64,000 bases of DNA, taken from positions 6,016,001-6,080,000 of the forward strand of contig OY760175.1 in the NCBI GenBank assembly GCA_963663165.1, in the 5' to 3' direction. Shown piece after piece: positions 58,406 to 64,000 of this stretch; position 1 is the first letter of the stretch, and every line of letters starts with the position of its first letter. A model generated the notes under the pieces. It saw nothing but the letters and a program-made list of their open reading frames with translations, did no database searches and was not told where the DNA came from. A program made the position numbers and the translations under genes. Source of the stretch: an uncultured Desulfospira sp. Its GTDB lineage: Bacteria; Desulfobacterota; Desulfobacteria; Desulfobacterales; Desulfobacteraceae.

Positions 58406-59635
58406 TCAGGGTTGCCTTGATTTCGGCAGCAGCAGGTTCAGGGCCACGCCCAGGATACCGGCAAGGCCGATGCCCTGAAGATGAAACTGCCCGGCTGAAA
58501 AACTCATGCCCCCGATGCCGAAAATAAGGATCAGGGCGACGATAGACAGGTTCCGGGATTCCATGAGGTCGTCTCCGGATCTAACCAGGGTGTTCAGCCC
58601 AACCACCATGATGGCACCGAACAACAGCAGCATAATGCCGCCCATGACCGGTGCGGGGATGGTCTGGAGCAGTGCCCCGAGTTTTCCCACAAAGGACAGG
58701 AGAACGGCAACAATGGCAGCCCAGGTCATGATGGCCGGGTTAAATACCTTGGTTAAGGCCACGGCCCCGGTAACCTCCGAGTAGGTGGTGTTGGGGGGGC
58801 CGCCCAGAAATGAGGCCAGTGAGGTGGCAATGCCGTCTCCGAGCATGGTGTTCTGGATGCCGGGGTCCTTAAGATAATCTTTGCCCGTTACCCCTGAAAT
58901 GGCAATGACATCCCCGAAATGTTCAATGGCCGGGGCAATGGCAATGGGAACAATATAAAAGATGGCCTGGGGGTTCCACTCGGGGAAAACAAAGTCAGGC
59001 AGACGGATCCAGGCCGCTTGTGAAACCGTGGAAAAATCCACAAACCCGAAAATCAGGGACAGAATATATCCCACGGCAATGCCGCAAAGAATGGGGATCA
59101 GCTTGAGAAGGCCCTTTCCCAGGATGGATACCAGAACCGTTGTGCCAAGGGCGCTCAGGCTCACGATCATGGCCTTTGTCTGGGGCAGGGGTTCGGCACC
59201 GGCAGTTCCCATGGCCATTTTCACGGCTACCGGGGCCAGGATAAGCCCGATCACCATGATCACCGGGCCCGTGACCACCGGGGGAAGGATCCGTTTGATA
59301 ATGTCGCTGCCCTGCCACCGGACCAGAAAGCTTAAGATGATATAAACCACGCCGGCGGCGGCAAGACCGCACATGGTTCCGGGAATTCCCCATTCTTTGA
59401 CACCGAAAATAATGGGGGCGATGAAGGCAAAGGATGAGGCCAGGAAAACCGGGACCTTGCCCCGGGTAATAACCTGGAAGACCAGGGTGCCAAGGCCTGC
59501 CGTGAACAGGGCCACATTGGGGTTCAGTCCCGTGAGCAACGGGACCAGAACCAGGGCCCCGAACGCCACAAACAGCATCTGTGCCCCTAGAAAACAGTCT
59601 TTAACCTGAAAATGATAATCGGTAGGGTTGGACAT
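58406..59635 (-). CDS. uraA: uracil permease (NCS2 family)
   Basis: QMLFVAFGALVLVP, ASSFAFI, EHFGD, GGPPNTTYSE; downstream of upp. Confidence 0.93.
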   Translation of the reverse strand: MSNPTDYHFQVKDCFLGAQMLFVAFGALVLVPLLTGLNPNVALFTAGLGTLVFQVITRGKVPVFLASSFAFIAPIIFGVKEWGIPGTMCGLAAAGVVYIILSFLVRWQGSDIIKRILPPVVTGPVIMVIGLILAPVAVKMAMGTAGAEPLPQTKAMIVSLSALGTTVLVSILGKGLLKLIPILCGIAVGYILSLIFGFVDFSTVSQAAWIRLPDFVFPEWNPQAIFYIVPIAIAPAIEHFGDVIAISGVTGKDYLKDPGIQNTMLGDGIATSLASFLGGPPNTTYSEVTGAVALTKVFNPAIMTWAAIVAVLLSFVGKLGALLQTIPAPVMGGIMLLLFGAIMVVGLNTLVRSGDDLMESRNLSIVALILIFGIGGMSFSAGQFHLQGIGLAGILGVALNLLLPKSRQP

Positions 59636-59667
59636 GGGTATCCTTTCTTTTCATTGTTTTTATGAAG

Positions 59668-59746
59668 GACATGGGATATGGGAACTGGGACTTGGGGTTA
59701 TCTGACGACGCGTTCCCCATATCCCAAGTCCCAGGTCCCATATCCC
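59668..59746. repeat. heptamer-built palindrome (GGGATAT/GGGACTT units)
   Basis: GGACATGGGATATGGGAACTGGGACTTGGGG ... CCCCATATCCCAAGTCCCAGGTCCCATATCCC. Confidence 0.8.
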
Positions 59747-59804
59747 GGTTTTGCTATATTCGTTGCAGGTGGTTCCTGGTTGAACAATCAAGGCGGCATG
59801 AACG

Positions 59805-60431
59805 CTATTTCGTTCCAAATATCTTATCGCCGGCATCCCCGAGTCCGGGCAGAATATACCCCACATCGTTAAGGCGGTCGTCAACGCTGGCGGTATAAAT
59901 ATCCACGTCCGGGTGTTTTTCTTCCAGTTTTTTGATGCCTTCAGGGGCGGCCACCAGGAAAATGCCCTTGATTTTTTTACACCCGGCTTCTTTGAGCAGG
60001 TCAATGGTGGCAATGAGGGTGCCGCCGGTAGCCAGCATGGGGTCTAAAATCAGGGCGGTCCTTTTTTCCAGCTGGCCTGCGGTTTTAAAATAGTATTGAA
60101 CCGGTTTTAAGGTCTCTTCGTTCCGGTAAAATCCCACCACACTGACCTTGGCCGACGGGATCATGTCCAGCACCCCGTCCATCATGCCAAGGCCGGCCCT
60201 TAATATGGGGACAATGGTGATCTTTTTCCCTTTGATTTTTTCAATTTCCACGTCTCCGGCCCAGCCCTGGATCACCTTTTTTTCCACTTCCAGGTCCTGG
60301 GTGGCTTCATAGGTTAAAAGTCTTGCCACCTCGTTTGACAGATCCCTGAAATCTTTGGTGCTGATGTCCTTTTGCCGCATCAGCCCGAGCTTATGTTTAA
60401 TGAGAGGGTGGTCCTCTACATAGACAGCCAT
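59805..60431 (-). CDS. upp: uracil phosphoribosyltransferase
   Basis: [30 protein letters not shown]. Confidence 0.97.
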   Translation of the reverse strand: MAVYVEDHPLIKHKLGLMRQKDISTKDFRDLSNEVARLLTYEATQDLEVEKKVIQGWAGDVEIEKIKGKKITIVPILRAGLGMMDGVLDMIPSAKVSVVGFYRNEETLKPVQYYFKTAGQLEKRTALILDPMLATGGTLIATIDLLKEAGCKKIKGIFLVAAPEGIKKLEEKHPDVDIYTASVDDRLNDVGYILPGLGDAGDKIFGTK

Positions 60432-60552
60432 GTATTCCTCCTAAAATTAAATTTTCATGAAAAATTTTCCCCTTTCCTAATAAAAACAGAACAAGGCGTC
60501 AAGCAAAATCCGGTGTTGAAATAAATTCGGATTTGTGCAGAAAATAGCCCCC

Positions 60553-62985
60553 ATGATTAAGAGTGAATACATGGAAGTTGCCGTTACCCTTCCCCTGGAC
60601 CAGACCTTTACCTATAAGGTGCCCGAACACCTTACAGGGAAACAGCCCAAGCCCGGGATGCGGGTCCTGGCCCCTTTCGGGAAAAAACGGATCACCGGGT
60701 ATGTGGTTCGATGTCATCACCAAAAGCCCGAATTCAAGACCCGTGATGTCTTGGAGGTGCTGGATGATACCCCCATGTTTCCTGAAAATGAACTGCCTTT
60801 TTTTAAGTGGATTTCACAATATTATATTTACCCTTTGGGCGAAGTGATCAAGGCCGGGCTTCCCGGCGGCCTGGAACGAAAGGACGTATCCTGTGTGTTC
60901 CCGGCCGATCCCCAACCCGCCGGCCTTGGATCGTTAACGTCTCAGGAAACCCGGCTCATGGCTCTTTTGGATAAAAAACCAGGGGCAAGTATTAAATGGC
61001 TGGCCGGCCTGGCTGATTTTCCAAAAGCCGCTTCCCTGGTCCGGAAAATGGAAAAAAAAGGCCTGGTCAGAATTTCAGCCGTTTTAAAAGAAGAACAAAC
61101 CCGGGTAAAGCTTGAAAAATTTATTGCCTGCAAAGATGCCCCCCCGGATGATCAGGCCCGGCTGTCCAGAAAAAGAATTCAGATCCTGAACCTTGCCAGG
61201 CAAAAAGGGGAAATCTCCCTGACCGGCCTTAGGCAAGAAATTCCTACGGCCCCAAGACTGATCCGCCCCATGGAAGCGGCCGGCCTGATTAAGGTGACTC
61301 AAAAAAGGGTGTTCAGGGACCCGTTAGGGGACCCGGTTGAACCGGATACCCCGCCCAAGCTTACCCCGGAGCAGGCCCTTGTTCTGGAACAGGTTGAATT
61401 TGATAAGGGGTTTGTTCCCTATCTGCTGTCCGGGGTAACGGGCTCCGGGAAAACCGAAGTCTATATGCGGCTGACGGCCCGGGCCGCAGAACAGGGCAAA
61501 AACGCTGTGGTGCTGGTGCCTGAAATCGCCTTGATCAGCCAGACAGAGCGGCGGTTCCGGGCAAGGTTCGGTGAAAACATTGCCGTGATCCACTCCATGC
61601 TCACGCCGGGGGAAAAGCTGGACCAGTGGCGCCGGATTTTAACAGGCCGGGCAAGGATCGTCATTGGGGCAAGGTCTGCCGTCTTTGCCCCCTTTGAAAA
61701 CATCGGGGTGATCATTGTGGATGAGGAGCATGATTCATCCTACAAACAGGAAACAGGCCTTCGGTACAATGCCCGGGACCTTGCCCTGGTCCGGGGGAAA
61801 ATGCACAACTGTCCTGTGATACTGGGCTCGGCAACTCCGTCGGTTCATTCTTACCAAAATGTGGTGTCAGGCCGTTTTGCCCATCTTGAGCTGACCTGCC
61901 GGGTCAACAGCAACCCTTTGCCGGACATCAAACTGGTGGATTTAAAAAAATACAAAGATGGAAACCCGGCAGACCGGATTATTACCCCGGAACTTGCAAA
62001 GCAGATCCGCGCCTGCCTGGACAAGGGAAACCAGGCCCTGATTTTTTTGAACCGGCGCGGGTTTGCCACGTTTCCGGCCTGCCGGGATTGCGGGGCTTCT
62101 TTGTCCTGCCGGCACTGCGATGTCACCATGACCTTCCATAAAAGGGAACAGCAGTATAAATGCCATTTGTGCGGTTATGCCCTGAATGCGCCGGCAGCCT
62201 GCCCTAAATGCGGCAAGCAGGATATCCGGGATTTCGGCTTTGGGACCCAGAAAATAGAGGACATGCTGAAAACCATGTTCCCCGATGCCCGGTTGGCCCG
62301 GATGGACCAGGACTCGACCTCCCGAAAAGGCAGTGTCCTGACACTGCTCAAAAGCATCCGGAACCGGACCGTGGATATTATTGTGGGCACCCAGATGCTG
62401 GCCAAGGGGCATGATTTTCCGTCCATTACCCTGGTCGGGGTCATCTGTGCGGACCTGTCCTTGAACCTGCCGGATTTCAGGGCCGCCGAAAGGACCTTTC
62501 AGCTGCTGGCCCAGGTGGCCGGCCGGGCCGGCCGGGGCAGCGAACCCGGCAAAGTGGTCATGCAGACCTATGCGCCGGAGCATTTTACCATTGAAGCCGC
62601 CAGGCGCCAGGATTTTCAGGATTTTTTCAACAATGAAGTCCCCTTTAGAAAGGCCCTGGGCTATCCGCCATTTACCCGGATGATCCAGCTAAAATTTTCA
62701 GGAACAGACCCCAAAAAAGTAGCGGCTGCGGCCAGGACCGCTGCCGGGGTAATCACGGCCCTGCTGGGCAGCGGTGAAGCCCAGGGGCTTAACCGGCAGA
62801 TGATGGGCCCCATAGAGGCGGCCATCCCGAGAATCTCCGGCCGGTATCGATGGCAGCTGTTGTTAAAGGATCCATCGGCCGACCGGATCAACGGCCTGGT
62901 CCGGGCCATGATGGCCGATCCTAAAGTGGCGTCTCTTAAAGATGTCAGGATCAGTGTTGATGTGGATCCTTATTTTTTGATGTGA
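60553..62985 (+). CDS. priA: primosomal protein N' (replication restart helicase)
   Basis: GVTGSGKT, PEIAL, DEEHD, SATPS, Cys-rich Zn modules, GTQMLAKGHDF, QVAGRAGR. Confidence 0.97.
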   Translation: MIKSEYMEVAVTLPLDQTFTYKVPEHLTGKQPKPGMRVLAPFGKKRITGYVVRCHHQKPEFKTRDVLEVLDDTPMFPENELPFFKWISQYYIYPLGEVIKAGLPGGLERKDVSCVFPADPQPAGLGSLTSQETRLMALLDKKPGASIKWLAGLADFPKAASLVRKMEKKGLVRISAVLKEEQTRVKLEKFIACKDAPPDDQARLSRKRIQILNLARQKGEISLTGLRQEIPTAPRLIRPMEAAGLIKVTQKRVFRDPLGDPVEPDTPPKLTPEQALVLEQVEFDKGFVPYLLSGVTGSGKTEVYMRLTARAAEQGKNAVVLVPEIALISQTERRFRARFGENIAVIHSMLTPGEKLDQWRRILTGRARIVIGARSAVFAPFENIGVIIVDEEHDSSYKQETGLRYNARDLALVRGKMHNCPVILGSATPSVHSYQNVVSGRFAHLELTCRVNSNPLPDIKLVDLKKYKDGNPADRIITPELAKQIRACLDKGNQALIFLNRRGFATFPACRDCGASLSCRHCDVTMTFHKREQQYKCHLCGYALNAPAACPKCGKQDIRDFGFGTQKIEDMLKTMFPDARLARMDQDSTSRKGSVLTLLKSIRNRTVDIIVGTQMLAKGHDFPSITLVGVICADLSLNLPDFRAAERTFQLLAQVAGRAGRGSEPGKVVMQTYAPEHFTIEAARRQDFQDFFNNEVPFRKALGYPPFTRMIQLKFSGTDPKKVAAAARTAAGVITALLGSGEAQGLNRQMMGPIEAAIPRISGRYRWQLLLKDPSADRINGLVRAMMADPKVASLKDVRISVDVDPYFLM

Positions 62986-63251
62986 GCCGGCCTGGGCGCG
63001 TGGGAAAGTGAGCCGGTGGGAAAGTGGGACTTTCTGCGGGCGGGAAGGGGGACTCGGTATGTTTTTTTTGTCGCGGTGGTTCATGAACAGTTACCAAATA
63101 ACCAACAGTTTCAACTATAAGCTTAAATTCAAAATTGTTATTTTGTGGGCTGGTATTTTAAAGGGCCGAAAAGATAAAAGTGGGGGCCATGATTTAAAAT
63201 CATTTTTAAATTAATGTGGTTACGATTCGTTAAGATCTGGTGTGGTTTGCT

Positions 63252-63268
63252 TTGGCACTGGTTTTGCT
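63252..63268 (+). promoter_or_regulatory. sigma54 (-24/-12) promoter
   Basis: TTGGCACTGGTTTTGCT, near-consensus GG-N10-GC. Confidence 0.75.
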
Positions 63269-63391
63269 TCACATTGAAGTGAAGGGATTTAAAGATCAGG
63301 GGCGATATAGCATAATTGCATGTGCGGCCCAAAAGATAACAACTAACCATGAAGGCTTGAAGGCTAACAGCTTTTTATAAACGAGGCCCCA

Positions 63392-63679
63392 ATGACCATA
63401 CAGCACGCCCTGGATTTTATTAACAGGGGACAACATGATGAACAGCTTCGATGCCGATTGGAACAGGCCTCCGGATACCCTGCCATTGAAGCCATACTCG
63501 GGGAAGAATGCATCCCTTTTTCGGAAGGTGAATTTGAAGAGGCCTATTCTTTGAGTCTTTTTAAATGCCAGGACCAGTCCCAAGCCCAGGCCCTGATGGC
63601 CTTTCGCATGTGGTGGCTCCTTTTAATCCGCAGTCCGGCCCAGCCTGTAAAACGACCGGCTGAAAAGGGGACAGGCTGA
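63392..63679 (+). CDS. small protein with a Nif11-like N-terminus
   Basis: MTIQHALDFI..GQHDEQLR.RL.....IPFSEGEFEEA resembles the Nif11/leader-like pattern; GAGG RBS. Confidence 0.6.
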   Translation: MTIQHALDFINRGQHDEQLRCRLEQASGYPAIEAILGEECIPFSEGEFEEAYSLSLFKCQDQSQAQALMAFRMWWLLLIRSPAQPVKRPAEKGTG

Positions 63680-63756
63680 AGGCTGCCGGGATTGCATGCG
63701 CCGGGGCCTTTCGCCCGTCCACTTTCCCGCTTTCTCACTTTCCCACCTGCCCCGGT

Positions 63757-64000
63757 TTAAACGTAGAGCTTGTTAAAAAACAGGTAAGGTCCCAAATTGT
63801 CATAATGTTCCTGGGAGATAAACTCGGCGCTCAGGTAATGCCCGTTCCGGGCCAGGACCGTCACCTCTTTTTTGACGATGGACTGTTTGGGGTCATCTAA
63901 AACAAATTCCACAATCATGTCCACACCCGGGGAAATGTTCTGCTCCAGGTTGGTTTTAAGGGCAATTCCCTTTGAATTGAGCCGCTTGACGGTCATTTTT
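63757..64000 (-). CDS. C-terminal part of a probable PilZ-like domain protein (runs off window end)
   Basis: MTVKRLNSKGIAL...VEFVLDD...KKEVTV...SAEF beta-barrel pattern. Confidence 0.6.
   Translation of the reverse strand, partial: KMTVKRLNSKGIALKTNLEQNISPGVDMIVEFVLDDPKQSIVKKEVTVLARNGHYLSAEFISQEHYDNLGPYLFFNKLYV

Overview
This 64 kb chromosomal window most likely comes from a sulfate-reducing Desulfobacteraceae-type deltaproteobacterium (inferred from gene content and repeat style). Housekeeping and catabolic genes include leuCD, gltA, upp-uraA, priA, prmA and a DEAD-box helicase, plus a glutaryl-CoA dehydrogenase (Acd) / Na+-pumping glutaconyl-CoA decarboxylase module. Envelope and glycan genes include a PglB/STT3 oligosaccharyltransferase coupled to a stray MurG-like GT28, a priming phosphoglycosyltransferase fused to a PilZ-like domain with GT2s and a flippase, two PEP-CTERM proteins, and a TonB receptor with a large PKD surface protein. 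There are also c-di-GMP signalling parts including a GEMM-I riboswitch, an intact IS66 with a related MITE, and several families of intergenic palindromic or heptamer repeats. The best candidate for an undescribed system is the two-gene operon at 28962-32129. It pairs an acetylene-hydratase-like metallopterin enzyme, resembling the metallopterin-dependent ergothioneine synthase module but lacking the desulfurase and carrying a Cys-tipped tail, with a methyltransferase resembling the OvoA C-terminal domain. This suggests an O2-independent ovothiol/thiohistidine-type pathway. The second candidate is a TonB uptake locus in which a PEP-CTERM protein and a CFI-tailed surface protein share the same uncharacterised domain. 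All family assignments come from motif recognition by eye; no database searches were run.
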